DNA of 64,000 nucleotides from Escherichia coli (GTDB lineage Bacteria; Pseudomonadota; Gammaproteobacteria; Enterobacterales; Enterobacteriaceae): NCBI RefSeq assembly GCF_044324875.1, contig NZ_CP172185.1; one strand, 5' to 3'. Shown piece by piece: positions 42,893 to 52,989 of this stretch (position 1 is its first letter; each line of letters starts with the position of its first letter). The notes under the pieces were generated by a model. It saw only the letters and a program-made list of their open reading frames with translations, ran no database searches and was not told where the DNA came from. The position numbers and the translations under genes were made by a program.

Positions 42893-43003
42893 TGTATCTT
42901 ATATTGTGATATCGGTGCTGCTGCTGTTATTTTTTGTTGTATTTGTGACGAATGGTTAAGAATAAAACATGAGTTGGTGATTATCAGGACAGGTTGCTTG
43001 TAT

Positions 43004-43099
43004 ATGAAGATAACAAAGGCGGCATTTATTTTTGCGCTGTCAGTGTGGAGTGTTGCTGTGATATGTCTTTTATTATTTGTACTGGTTGTTCTGGGATAG
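43004..43099 (+). CDS. Possible small hydrophobic peptide (31 aa)
   Basis: MKITKAAFIFALSVWSVAVICLLLFVLVVLG, below the ORF-track size cutoff; no clear RBS. Confidence 0.2.
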   Translation: MKITKAAFIFALSVWSVAVICLLLFVLVVLG

Positions 43100-43275
43100 C
43101 TATAGTGGAATTATTATTTTTTTAAGACTATGGTTTATATTTTTATTCGGCAATATTTCTGTAAACAATTAAATATCAGAAAGGCGTGTTGTATGCGTGA
43201 ACACGCCTGAGTATGTATACAGAGATTGTTAATTTGGAGAGAATAATTACAGTTGTTATTTATTTGACGTCCTGA

Positions 43276-43524
43276 TTAGTGAAAAAACCAGTCATCAGCA
43301 GTTTCCCAGACTTCCTGCAGCGTTTCCTGTATGAACTTCTGAGCGTTTTCTTTATCTACGGCTCTTAAAATGGTCAGTCCGTCATTACTGGCGGATTTTA
43401 CTATAACCTCCACATCGTCATATCGTTTTCTGATACGGCGAGACATTTCCTGTTGTAGAGCAGGTACAGAGCCTTTTGGCATTTTGCTGAATTTTTCTTT
43501 AGCGATACAGATCTCAACACGCAT
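43276..43524 (-). CDS. dinI: DinI-family protein
   Basis: 82 aa; MRVEICIAK...[16 protein letters not shown] parallels E. coli DinI; RBS AGGAGGGG. Confidence 0.85.
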   Translation of the reverse strand: MRVEICIAKEKFSKMPKGSVPALQQEMSRRIRKRYDDVEVIVKSASNDGLTILRAVDKENAQKFIQETLQEVWETADDWFFH

Positions 43525-43537
43525 AACCCCCTCCTGT

Positions 43538-43557
43538 AACTGTAGTTATGTACAGGT
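43538..43557 (-). promoter_or_regulatory. LexA (SOS) box upstream of dinI-like gene
   Basis: CTGT-N8-ACAG palindrome (AACTGTAGTTATGTACAGGT) matching the LexA consensus pattern. Confidence 0.55.
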
Positions 43558-43737
43558 GTTATTTTTAGCTGTGTGGATAACCAGTGTCAATTGGTAATAT
43601 TGCCTATGGGGCATGTATGGGACACTTTTTATCGGCGAAATCCGTCGAAGTTCGTCGACATCGAAAACGAATCATCTGTCCAACCCTTGAAAAATGGCGC
43701 TCCTGGACGATCTTCGTCGATTTTTAAAAATGTTGCG

Positions 43738-43806
43738 TCACGCGCGTAACGTGACAGGGTTAATATCACAAAGCAACGCCACTTCACCAATTGTGTAAAG
43801 CGCCAT
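43738..43806 (-). pseudogene. mlrA: 5' fragment of mlrA (yehV) truncated by prophage integration
   Basis: Encodes MALYTIGEVALLCDINPVTLRA then stop; this is a MerR-family N-terminal HTH; divergent from yehU as in the E. coli chromosome; homology is lost at about 43739. Confidence 0.7.
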
Positions 43807-44027
43807 CGTCTCACCCTTGCTCGCGAGGTCCCGGTTTAACTTTAGACGCAGTTTTGCGAACCAGGTAGTTTTGCCCGTTTTTTGTGCATCTATAGGGTGA
43901 TTTTATTTTTGCCAGGCGATTTTGAGTGATCGTACTCACGAATTCTCATTTTTCTGCAAGAGTTCAAAGAAAGTTAAACGCAGGCAATGTATGTTACGCG
44001 TTTTAAAGGGAAGTGTGGTTTGCGGGT

Positions 44028-45713
44028 ATGTACGATTTTAATCTGGTGTTGCTGCTGCTTCAGCAGATGTGCGTTTTTTTAGTCATTGCGTGGTTAATGA
44101 GTAAAACCCCATTATTCATACCGTTAATGCAGGTCACGGTTCGTCTGCCGCATAAATTTCTCTGCTACATCGTCTTTTCCATCTTCTGCATCATGGGCAC
44201 CTGGTTTGGGTTGCACATTGACGATTCTATTGCCAATACCCGTGCGATAGGCGCGGTAATGGGCGGCTTGCTCGGCGGTCCGGTCGTCGGTGGGCTGGTT
44301 GGTCTGACCGGCGGGTTACATCGATATTCGATGGGGGGCATGACCGCGCTAAGTTGCATGATCTCGACCATCGTTGAAGGATTGCTCGGCGGCCTGGTAC
44401 ACAGCATCCTGATCCGTCGCGGGCGCACTGATAAAGTCTTTAACCCCATTACCGCCGGTGCCGTCACGTTCGTCGCTGAAATGGTGCAAATGTTGATCAT
44501 CCTGGCGATCGCCCGACCTTATGAAGATGCGGTGCGTCTGGTGAGTAATATTGCTGCGCCAATGATGGTTACCAATACCGTCGGCGCGGCGCTGTTTATG
44601 CGTATATTGCTCGATAAACGCGCGATGTTTGAAAAATACACTTCGGCTTTTTCTGCCACTGCGCTAAAAGTGGCTGCCTCGACGGAAGGCATTTTGCGCC
44701 AGGGGTTTAACGAAGTGAACAGCATGAAAGTGGCACAGGTGCTGTATCAGGAGCTGGATATTGGTGCAGTCGCGATTACCGATCGAGAGAAATTGCTGGC
44801 CTTTACCGGAATTGGTGACGATCACCATTTACCCGGCAAACCGATTTCTTCGACTTACACCTTAAAAGCGATTGAAACCGGTGAAGTGGTCTACGCTGAT
44901 GGCAACGAAGTACCTTATCGTTGCTCTTTGCATCCGCAATGCAAACTGGGGTCGACGCTGGTAATTCCGTTGCGTGGCGAAAATCAGCGGGTGATGGGCA
45001 CCATCAAATTGTATGAAGCCAAAAACCGTTTATTCAGTTCAATCAACCGCACGTTGGGTGAGGGGATTGCGCAACTGCTTTCGGCGCAGATCCTCGCCGG
45101 GCAATATGAGCGGCAAAAAGCGATGCTCACCCAGTCAGAGATCAAACTGCTTCACGCCCAGGTGAATCCCCATTTTTTGTTTAATGCGCTTAACACCATT
45201 AAAGCGGTGATCCGTCGCGACAGCGAACAGGCCAGCCAGCTGGTGCAGTATCTTTCCACTTTTTTCCGCAAAAACTTAAAGCGGCCTTCGGAGTTTGTTA
45301 CTCTCGCCGACGAAATTGAACATGTGAACGCTTATCTGCAAATTGAAAAGGCGCGCTTCCAGTCGCGGTTGCAGGTCAATATTGCTATTCCGCAAGAATT
45401 ATCCCAGCAGCAATTGCCCGCGTTTACCCTGCAACCGATAGTGGAAAACGCCATTAAACATGGGACATCACAACTGCTGGATACAGGGCGAGTGGCGATC
45501 AGCGCCCGACGTGAGGGGCAACATTTGATGCTGGAGATCGAAGACAATGCCGGTTTGTATCAACCGGTAACCAATGCCAGTGGGCTGGGGATGAATCTGG
45601 TGGATAAGCGTTTACGTGAACGGTTTGGCGATGACTATGGGATAAGCGTCGCCTGTGAGCCTGATTGTTACACCCGAATAACGTTACGACTACCATGGAG
45701 GGACGAGGCATGA
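44028..45713 (+). CDS. btsS: Sensor histidine kinase BtsS (YehU), LytS family
   Basis: [30 protein letters not shown]... recognised as E. coli YehU; 5TM-LytS N-terminus and His-kinase C-terminus. Confidence 0.9.
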
Positions 45714-46429
45714 TTAAAGTCTTAATTGTCGATGATGAACCGCTTGCACGGGAGAACCTGCGCGTATTTTTGCAGGAGCAGAGCGATATTGAAATCGTTG
45801 GAGAGTGTTCAAACGCTGTAGAAGGGATCGGCGCGGTGCATAAACTGCGCCCGGATGTGCTGTTTCTCGATATCCAGATGCCGCGCATCAGTGGTCTGGA
45901 AATGGTGGGGATGCTCGACCCGGAACATCGACCGTATATCGTTTTTCTCACCGCGTTTGACGAATACGCTATTAAAGCCTTTGAAGAACATGCCTTTGAT
46001 TATCTGCTGAAGCCAATTGATGAAGCGCGACTGGAAAAAACGCTGGCGCGATTGCGTCAGGAGCGCAGCAAGCAGGATGTTTCTCTGTTACCGGAAAATC
46101 AACAGGCGCTGAAATTTATCCCTTGTACGGGGCATAGTCGGATTTATTTGCTGCAAATGAAAGATGTGGCATTTGTCAGCAGTCGGATGAGCGGTGTCTA
46201 CGTTACGAGTCACGAAGGGAAAGAGGGCTTTACCGAATTGACATTACGTACCCTGGAAAGTCGTACACCACTACTGCGCTGCCATCGTCAGTATCTGGTT
46301 AACCTCGCGCATTTACAGGAGATTCGTCTGGAAGATAACGGCCAGGCCGAGTTGATTTTGCGTAATGGCTTAACCGTGCCGGTCAGCCGCCGTTATCTGA
46401 AAAGCTTAAAAGAGGCGATTGGCCTGTAA
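45710..46429 (+). CDS. btsR: Response regulator BtsR (YehT), LytTR family
   Basis: [22 protein letters not shown]...; ATGA overlap with btsS stop. Confidence 0.9.
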
Positions 46430-46475
46430 AAGGCTGCTAAAATGGCTTTTTGCCTCATCAACACCTGAAGGCCTC

Positions 46476-46946
46476 ATGCTAAGTAACGATATTCTGCGCA
46501 GCGTGCGCTACATTTTGAAAGCCAATAATAATGACCTGGTGCGTATTCTGGCGCTGGGTAATGTCGAAGCCACCGCGGAACAGATCGCCGTCTGGCTACG
46601 TAAAGAAGACGAAGAGGATTTTCAGCGTTGTCCGGACATTGTTTTGTCTTCCTTCCTCAATGGCCTGATTTATGAAAAACGCGGCAAGGATGAGTCTGCT
46701 CCGGCACTGGAGCCGGAACGTCGCATTAATAACAACATCGTGCTGAAAAAATTACGCATCGCGTTTTCGCTGAAAACCGATGACATTCTGGCGATCCTTA
46801 CCGAACAGCAGTTCCGCGTTTCGATGCCGGAAATTACGGCGATGATGCGTGCACCGGATCATAAAAACTTCCGCGAATGCGGCGATCAATTTTTACGTTA
46901 TTTTCTGCGTGGACTGGCAGCGCGCCAGCATGTGAAGAAAAGCTAA
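46476..46946 (+). CDS. yehS: YehS (DUF1456 family)
   Basis: 156 aa at the conserved position downstream of btsR. Confidence 0.8.
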   Translation: MLSNDILRSVRYILKANNNDLVRILALGNVEATAEQIAVWLRKEDEEDFQRCPDIVLSSFLNGLIYEKRGKDESAPALEPERRINNNIVLKKLRIAFSLKTDDILAILTEQQFRVSMPEITAMMRAPDHKNFRECGDQFLRYFLRGLAARQHVKKS

Positions 46947-46954
46947 GACGGGTA

Positions 46955-46982
46955 TGGCGGCCATGCAAAAACATGGCCGCCG
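46955..46982. terminator. Bidirectional terminator between convergent yehS and yehR
   Basis: Near-perfect palindrome GGCGGCCATGCAAAAACATGGCCGCC. Confidence 0.65.
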
Positions 46983-46987
46983 ACAGA

Positions 46988-47449
46988 TTATTTCACTTCT
47001 TTAAAACCAGCGGCTTTCATCACCAGTTCCATTTGCGCCATAGTGATACCTTTTTTGGCATCTTCAGCAGAAACGTTGATTCCTGAAATACCCTGCAGGG
47101 CTTTGAAATCCACTTTTTCCATATCGATAGTCACGTTTTCCTGCGCGTAGGTATCGGTATAGGTTAATTTTTCTTCAACACCCGCGATGTTTTTGTATTT
47201 GGCGCTTAACGGCTCAAGTGTCTTGGCAGCATCTTCTTTGGTGGTTGCACCAATGGAGGCAAATTGAATTTTGGTTTCAGAAGATTGCTTAAGCACCTTG
47301 TCACCTTTGTAGACATAGGTAATGGCAATTTCAGTACCGTTCAGATTGGCGCTGAATTTTTTCGATTCTTCTTTGTCACCGCAGCCAGCAAGAGAGAAAA
47401 CCAGAACAGATGCAACAACGAGGGAAAACAGCTTATTGAAAGCCTTCAT
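46988..47449 (-). CDS. yehR: Lipoprotein YehR (DUF1307)
   Basis: MKAFNKLFSLVVASVLVFSLAGCGDKEE lipobox. Confidence 0.85.
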   Translation of the reverse strand: MKAFNKLFSLVVASVLVFSLAGCGDKEESKKFSANLNGTEIAITYVYKGDKVLKQSSETKIQFASIGATTKEDAAKTLEPLSAKYKNIAGVEEKLTYTDTYAQENVTIDMEKVDFKALQGISGINVSAEDAKKGITMAQMELVMKAAGFKEVK

Positions 47450-47573
47450 GTAAAACTCCATTTTATTTAATCAAGAAACTGGTGACTCTCACCAGGGGCT
47501 ATATAGGATATGCCTAATACCGTGGCGTGAGCAGTCCGGAACTGGAGTGGAACTCTTAGTAAAAAGCACTATT

Positions 47574-49574
47574 TCATCCTTGTTGCTGAAGCATGGGGAA
47601 TAATTGTTCGCAAAGCAAAACACCGTTATTCATTGCTTCTACCCGTGCCTCGCTTTCTGTATTACGAAATTGTGCCAACACATGTGCCAGCCGATAAAAA
47701 CCGACCGCGGTGAGGTCATTCGCCAGCAACTCTGCCTGACCAATAGCACTCTGTTCCTGATAGCGCCAGCCGTTATGGAGCAGTTGAATAAGTAACGCCT
47801 GGCAGCGCATCAGCAACTGATGAGCGGTAGACGGCACAGGCAAAACGCTGGCAGAAGGTAGCGGTGCCACAGGCGTAGTTTCTGCGTCCAGAGCCCAGGT
47901 ACGAGTCTTTGTCATCATTACCTGTGGTTCCAGTGTCAATTGCCCCTCTACAAAACTGACAAAGCCAGAAACCATACTCACGGGGTCCTCTGTTTGTTGT
48001 AACAGAGCTGCCATGCGTTCAACAGCAAAGGGCGAACAGGCAGAGGCTGGTAGGGATAATGTCAGCACGTTATCTTCACCTTCGCCGCTGATTACCTCCG
48101 CATCCAGCGTCTGGCGGCTGCTATCCCAACCGAGTGAAATACACTCAGCGACTGGCAGAATAAATAAGTTATCCACCTGATTAAGAGGCCGTATGCAGGC
48201 GGGGGGACGCTGGCGTAAATATTCCCGCAAAGCCACAATGCCCGGCTGGCGCAATGGCGCGCTCAACATTTGCCAGGCGTCTGGCGACAGCGGCACAACA
48301 CTACTCAAGCGGTTGCGGGTAGCTAACAACAGCTCGCCATCGGCACTGCGTTTTGCTGCTTGTGAAACAATTTGCCCACCTGCCAGTGCGCCAGCCTGAA
48401 AACTAAATAGCCGACGTTTTGCCGCAGGAGCGTTTTCTTGTTCGCTTCTCGGCCAACTACGCGAAAGGTGCAAAATACTGCCGGTGTCGGGATCGGTGAA
48501 CCAGATGCGTAAACCATACTGCTCAATATCCTGCCAGCAACGCATACCTAAAGACACCAGCCGCAGATGATCAAGCTTTGCTTCTCCGGCAATGCCAGCG
48601 CCAACGACCGTGCGCCACGGCACATGAGGAACTTCACCAACACTGTCGCGCCGGGCCATCTCTTGTGCGCAATTTAATCGACTGTTTAATGCCGCAAGCT
48701 GACGTAAGCATTCTCCGGCATGATAGTGACTGGCGCGGGCGTGGAAGGCATCAACGCTGGCGCGCAGTTGCCATAGCGATTCACTCACCCATCGCCAGTT
48801 GCAGCGTTCCGCTGCTTGCTGCGCGCGGCTGAAAGCGGCCTCGTAGTGAATAAGCGGCTGGCTGATGCCGCTCAGCCATAATGCCTGGCTTAGTTGCTGA
48901 ACATATTGACGACACGCGTTGCCCTCTTCGCTGGCAAACGGATCGTCAGATGATGTGACGTGTTCGCTGCGCATCTGCCAGATTAAATGAGTAAATTCCG
49001 CTTGCTGAGTTTTGGCCTCGACGAAGGCCTGCACAGCCAGTACGACATGTTCGCAAAGTGTGCCGTCAATACAATCACAACGGGCGAAACGAATACTGCT
49101 GCGGGAATAAAAACGCACATCGCTCATCGGTAAGCGGGCAGAGGGAATTTCGCCCGGCGTACAGAACAACTCAATGGTGATGCCTTTAGCGACCAGCGCC
49201 TGTGCGCGTTTGCGGGTGGCATCGGGAAGGGTAGCCAGTTCTTCCAGCCAGATTGCCGGATCCCACTCTTCTTCTTTTTCCGTAGGCTGGGTGGTGGCGC
49301 AAAGTCGCTGATAACTTAAAACCAGCATCACGCGATGGCGGCACATGCCGCTGGCCCCGCAGCTGCACTGAGCCTCTTTCAGTGCCTGACCGCTCGCCAG
49401 CTGGGTACGGACACCGTCACTGAAGGTGGCGATTAAAGCGCCGTTCTCATGACTGATTTCCGGGACGTTGCCATTTTCCAGTTCTTTAAGGCTGCGCTTA
49501 ACAAAACCGGCATTGCTTAACGCCGTCAGTGCCTGCGGTGTCAGTTCTAATAATTCCGGACGTAGTGAATTCAT
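47574..49574 (-). CDS. yehQ: YehQ, SWIM zinc-finger protein
   Basis: CxC...CxH motifs (AQCSCGASGMCRHRV; ARCDCIDGTLCEHVV); start MNSLRPELL overlaps yehP stop (ATGA); start uncertain. Confidence 0.75.
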   Translation of the reverse strand: MNSLRPELLELTPQALTALSNAGFVKRSLKELENGNVPEISHENGALIATFSDGVRTQLASGQALKEAQCSCGASGMCRHRVMLVLSYQRLCATTQPTEKEEEWDPAIWLEELATLPDATRKRAQALVAKGITIELFCTPGEIPSARLPMSDVRFYSRSSIRFARCDCIDGTLCEHVVLAVQAFVEAKTQQAEFTHLIWQMRSEHVTSSDDPFASEEGNACRQYVQQLSQALWLSGISQPLIHYEAAFSRAQQAAERCNWRWVSESLWQLRASVDAFHARASHYHAGECLRQLAALNSRLNCAQEMARRDSVGEVPHVPWRTVVGAGIAGEAKLDHLRLVSLGMRCWQDIEQYGLRIWFTDPDTGSILHLSRSWPRSEQENAPAAKRRLFSFQAGALAGGQIVSQAAKRSADGELLLATRNRLSSVVPLSPDAWQMLSAPLRQPGIVALREYLRQRPPACIRPLNQVDNLFILPVAECISLGWDSSRQTLDAEVISGEGEDNVLTLSLPASACSPFAVERMAALLQQTEDPVSMVSGFVSFVEGQLTLEPQVMMTKTRTWALDAETTPVAPLPSASVLPVPSTAHQLLMRCQALLIQLLHNGWRYQEQSAIGQAELLANDLTAVGFYRLAHVLAQFRNTESEARVEAMNNGVLLCEQLFPMLQQQG

Positions 49575-50707
49575 GACTGAAGATTCTCCGCAAGCCATGA
49601 TGCCAGCTCGCCCGGTGTCATGGCGGCTATTTGTGCGCCGACATTAACCAGCGCCTGGGCCGTATCGTGGTCATAGCAAGGTGTTGCGGTGCTATCGAGC
49701 GCCGCCAGTCCCAGCACTTTGATGCCGCTCTGGACACACTTTTTCACCTGTTGCGTCAGTAATGATGATGAACCCCCTTCGTAAAAATCGCTCACGAGGA
49801 TAATGACGCTTTTCGCTGGTTGTTCAATAATTTGCCGACCATATTCCATGGCACTGGCGATATTGGTTCCGCCGCCTAATTGCACTTTCATTAATAACTC
49901 TACCGGATCGGCAACATCTGCCGTGAGATCAACCACGCTGGTGTCAAACGCCACCAGATGGGTACGAATACCGGGTAACTGCCATAAACAGGCCGCCATC
50001 ACCGCTGAGTGGATCACCGAGTCCACCATTGATCCGCTTTGATCAACCAGTAAGACCAGTTGCCATTGTTCGCTTTGGCGTTTAATGCGGCTGTTAAAGC
50101 GGGGGGATTCGATATACAACTTGCCGTGTTGCGGGTGCCAGTGTTGCAGGTTGGCGCGCAGGGTACTTTTGAAATCAAAGTTTCGCGCCAGTGGAATAAA
50201 TGAGCGGCGACGGCGATCGCGGACACCAGAAAAAGCCTGACGAACTTCCTTTGCCAGTCGCGCCATAATTTCTTCAACAACCTGGCGTACTATCCGGCGG
50301 GCGGCAGCCAGTACTTCGGGATTCATCAGATGTTTGGTGTGCAAAACGGCGCGTAGCAGGCTTTCAGAAGGCTGCATACGTTCCAGCACGTCGAGATTCG
50401 TCACCACATCTTCAATGCCATAGCGCAGCACGGCATCGCTTTCCAGCCGCTCGATCACCTGTTGCGGAAACAGCGTGTGAATACTGTTGATCCACTCAGG
50501 GGTGGTGAGATTTGAGCAACCTAATCCACCGGAGCGTTCACCACGCTGGAGCCGTTCAGGATCGCGCCCATACAGCCACTCCAGCGCGTGGTCTATCTGC
50601 CGGGCATTGTCATCCAGCCCACAAAGGGTCGTTTCTGCCGCTTCGCCAAGAATTAATCGCCAGCGTTGTAGCTCACGGGTGGTCAGAAGATCGTTCAGTT
50701 CAGACAT
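49571..50707 (-). CDS. yehP: YehP, von Willebrand factor A domain protein
   Basis: 378 aa from MSELNDLL; vWA MIDAS-like LLVDQSGSM. Confidence 0.8.
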   Translation of the reverse strand: MSELNDLLTTRELQRWRLILGEAAETTLCGLDDNARQIDHALEWLYGRDPERLQRGERSGGLGCSNLTTPEWINSIHTLFPQQVIERLESDAVLRYGIEDVVTNLDVLERMQPSESLLRAVLHTKHLMNPEVLAAARRIVRQVVEEIMARLAKEVRQAFSGVRDRRRRSFIPLARNFDFKSTLRANLQHWHPQHGKLYIESPRFNSRIKRQSEQWQLVLLVDQSGSMVDSVIHSAVMAACLWQLPGIRTHLVAFDTSVVDLTADVADPVELLMKVQLGGGTNIASAMEYGRQIIEQPAKSVIILVSDFYEGGSSSLLTQQVKKCVQSGIKVLGLAALDSTATPCYDHDTAQALVNVGAQIAAMTPGELASWLAENLQS

Positions 50708-52979
50708 GGAAAACTCCCCAGTGTTGCAGCGATGCCAGTGCCTGCTGTTCGAGTTGTTGATGATGTGCAATGGCTTGCGGTGGACAATGCAACGGCATTT
50801 GCAGCGCTGAAACGGGAAGCTGTGCGAGCTGGTAATGCTCAAGCACCTGATGCGCCAGCGTCCCGCGTTCTCGTGGTGGTAGCCAGGCCATCGCCGCGCG
50901 TAAATCGGGCAGGGCGTTAATAAAATCGTCGTCACTCAGTTGATTTAAATGACTACTGAAACCGGCGATAAATGCCGGCTGACAGGCCAGTTGATGGCGG
51001 GCCAGCGCCAGCAAACCGTGCAGCGCTTCGCCGGATTGTGCCGGGGATAATTGCGCCAGCATTGTCAGCGCCGCTTCGGCACTGGCGTTGGGATGTTCCA
51101 GACGCATCAGTGCGCCAAGAGCCGCGCCGCGATCCAGCGCCGGGGCATGAATCGCCTGACTGCGACGCTCCAGTAAGGCTACCGCCGCAGAAAGCGAAAC
51201 GCCGGGTAAATTAACGCCGCTATGTAGATCGCGCAGGATATGGCAAAGCGTCTGCCAGCTATGCAGGTGAGCGTGAAACTCCTTTTCATCTGGTCTGCCG
51301 TTAGATTCACACAGCCACAGCGTGCGATCGATAGCCGCGCATAACGTCGTTTGTAATATCTGCGCGCCTTGCATACCGCTAATTTCATCCAGCCGCCATA
51401 AGGCATATAGCACTTCCAGCGCCTGGCCCATTTCGGCAAATTGATTTTCCTGGGCGATTAATAATGTGAGTTGCTCCAATAATTGTTGACTGAAGGACGC
51501 CAGACCCGCTAACGCCGCCTGGCTAAGACATGTGGTGATACTGCCGATTCCACCCGCGTCCAGCATATCGGCTTCTAATTTATGGCGTGCGGCTTCCTGG
51601 AGTGTGGCACCAAAGCAGGCGGCCTCAATCAATGCCGCATGCTGGCTAAGCGGGCGGGTTAATTTCCACTGTTCTTCACCGTTGCCTGCAAGTGTCAGTG
51701 TGCTTCCCTGCTGGCGTACAATCCCTGGGATCTCCAGTATTGCCAGCCGATGTAACACCTGACTTTGCGCTAGTCCATTGGGGTTAAAGCGATTTAAGGT
51801 AAGCTCCGCCGGAAGAGAGATTGCGGTACGTTCCAGTTCGCAGGTGACATCTTTTGGCAGAGGCGGTTGTGGCGTAGAAGGGGCAAGTTTACCGAATCCG
51901 TCACCCGCTAATGTGTCTATCAACGTTAGCAGAATCGGATCGGTATCGGGATGAATAACGCCGCGATAGCTCCACGGCAACGGCGCGTTCAAGGCTTCTT
52001 TAATCAGCGAGCCTGCTATGGCATCCAGCCAGTCAGTGCGTAACGGTAGTGTATGACCGCGCAACTGTGCCAGCGCCATCGCATGCAGATGAGCGGCAGC
52101 CATATCAGCGGTAGAAGCGGGCAATTTGTGCTGGCGCAAACGGGTAAGGATAGTTTTTAGCAGTTGTTCACCGGCCTGCTGTAGGCCCCACTGCCAGCAC
52201 CAGTTTTGCCAGACCGGGGCAGGCATACCAGAAAGGTATCCTGCCAGCACATCAAGGCGCTTTTCACTGTAGGGGGTGAGATAACAACCTGTAACGGCAT
52301 CATCCAGTAAGAGCAATTCTGGCGTGTTAATTACCTGCGGACATTCGCGCCACATTTTTGCCAGTGCCGGAGCGTGCCAGCCACCGCAGACAACTAACAC
52401 GTCGCCATTATTTTGCTGCATCGCCCATCCAATCCAGCGGGCCATAAAGGCTTCGCGCTGACGATTGAGAGCATCTCCGGGGGAGTCGCCCCGCAGTTGG
52501 GCAAAATAGTGCGCAAGTACAGAGGGTAATGCAGTTTGCTGGCTTTCATCTTCGAACAAGTGATCCCACAGGGTGTCGCTGTTATCCATGCGGGTGGCAC
52601 GCAGCAGCAAGGTCTGGCTTTCCTCTTGCGTATCAGGCGAATCGTCCTCTTCTTCACTCTGCGCCCAGCAAGGCAAATCGATGAAGTAAGTTTGTGCCTG
52701 AATACGACGAGCGGCTTGTAGCGCCTGCCACTCCGGCGAAAATTCAGCAAATGGCGTCCAGGCACCACGCCCGGGGGCTACACCGTCCTGATACTGGCAA
52801 TAACTGTAAATAGCTACCGGAAGCTGGTGGGCTAAAAACAGTTCGTCTACCCGGTCATTAAAATCAGCCGGGCCTTCAATCAACACGTATCGTGGCCGCT
52901 GGCTTTCGATTAACGATTTCACCAGCCGGGCGCAGGCCGGACTATGATGCCGGATGCCGACAATTAACGGCTCGCTCAT
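50700..52979 (-). CDS. yehM: YehM (large uncharacterised protein)
   Basis: 759 aa from MSEPLIVGIRHHSPA; operon position between yehL and yehP. Confidence 0.8.
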   Translation of the reverse strand: MSEPLIVGIRHHSPACARLVKSLIESQRPRYVLIEGPADFNDRVDELFLAHQLPVAIYSYCQYQDGVAPGRGAWTPFAEFSPEWQALQAARRIQAQTYFIDLPCWAQSEEEDDSPDTQEESQTLLLRATRMDNSDTLWDHLFEDESQQTALPSVLAHYFAQLRGDSPGDALNRQREAFMARWIGWAMQQNNGDVLVVCGGWHAPALAKMWRECPQVINTPELLLLDDAVTGCYLTPYSEKRLDVLAGYLSGMPAPVWQNWCWQWGLQQAGEQLLKTILTRLRQHKLPASTADMAAAHLHAMALAQLRGHTLPLRTDWLDAIAGSLIKEALNAPLPWSYRGVIHPDTDPILLTLIDTLAGDGFGKLAPSTPQPPLPKDVTCELERTAISLPAELTLNRFNPNGLAQSQVLHRLAILEIPGIVRQQGSTLTLAGNGEEQWKLTRPLSQHAALIEAACFGATLQEAARHKLEADMLDAGGIGSITTCLSQAALAGLASFSQQLLEQLTLLIAQENQFAEMGQALEVLYALWRLDEISGMQGAQILQTTLCAAIDRTLWLCESNGRPDEKEFHAHLHSWQTLCHILRDLHSGVNLPGVSLSAAVALLERRSQAIHAPALDRGAALGALMRLEHPNASAEAALTMLAQLSPAQSGEALHGLLALARHQLACQPAFIAGFSSHLNQLSDDDFINALPDLRAAMAWLPPRERGTLAHQVLEHYQLAQLPVSALQMPLHCPPQAIAHHQQLEQQALASLQHWGVFHV

Positions 52980-52989
52980 GCATCTTTCC

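Larger units (their letters stand above)
1..43739 (+). mobile_element. Lambda-like prophage, right arm (window begins inside it); ends at junction within mlrA
   Basis: Collinear lambda-order head/tail genes with strong recalled protein similarity to lambda Nu1, A, W, B, C, D, E, FII, Z, U, V, G, H, M, L, K, I, J; lysis cassette; cos site; chromosomal mlrA 5' fragment begins at 43738-43806. Confidence 0.85.

Noticed and set aside
43629-43814. 61-aa minus-strand ORF spanning the prophage junction
   Set aside because: Out of frame with the recognisable mlrA N-terminal codons and reads across the junction; considered spurious.
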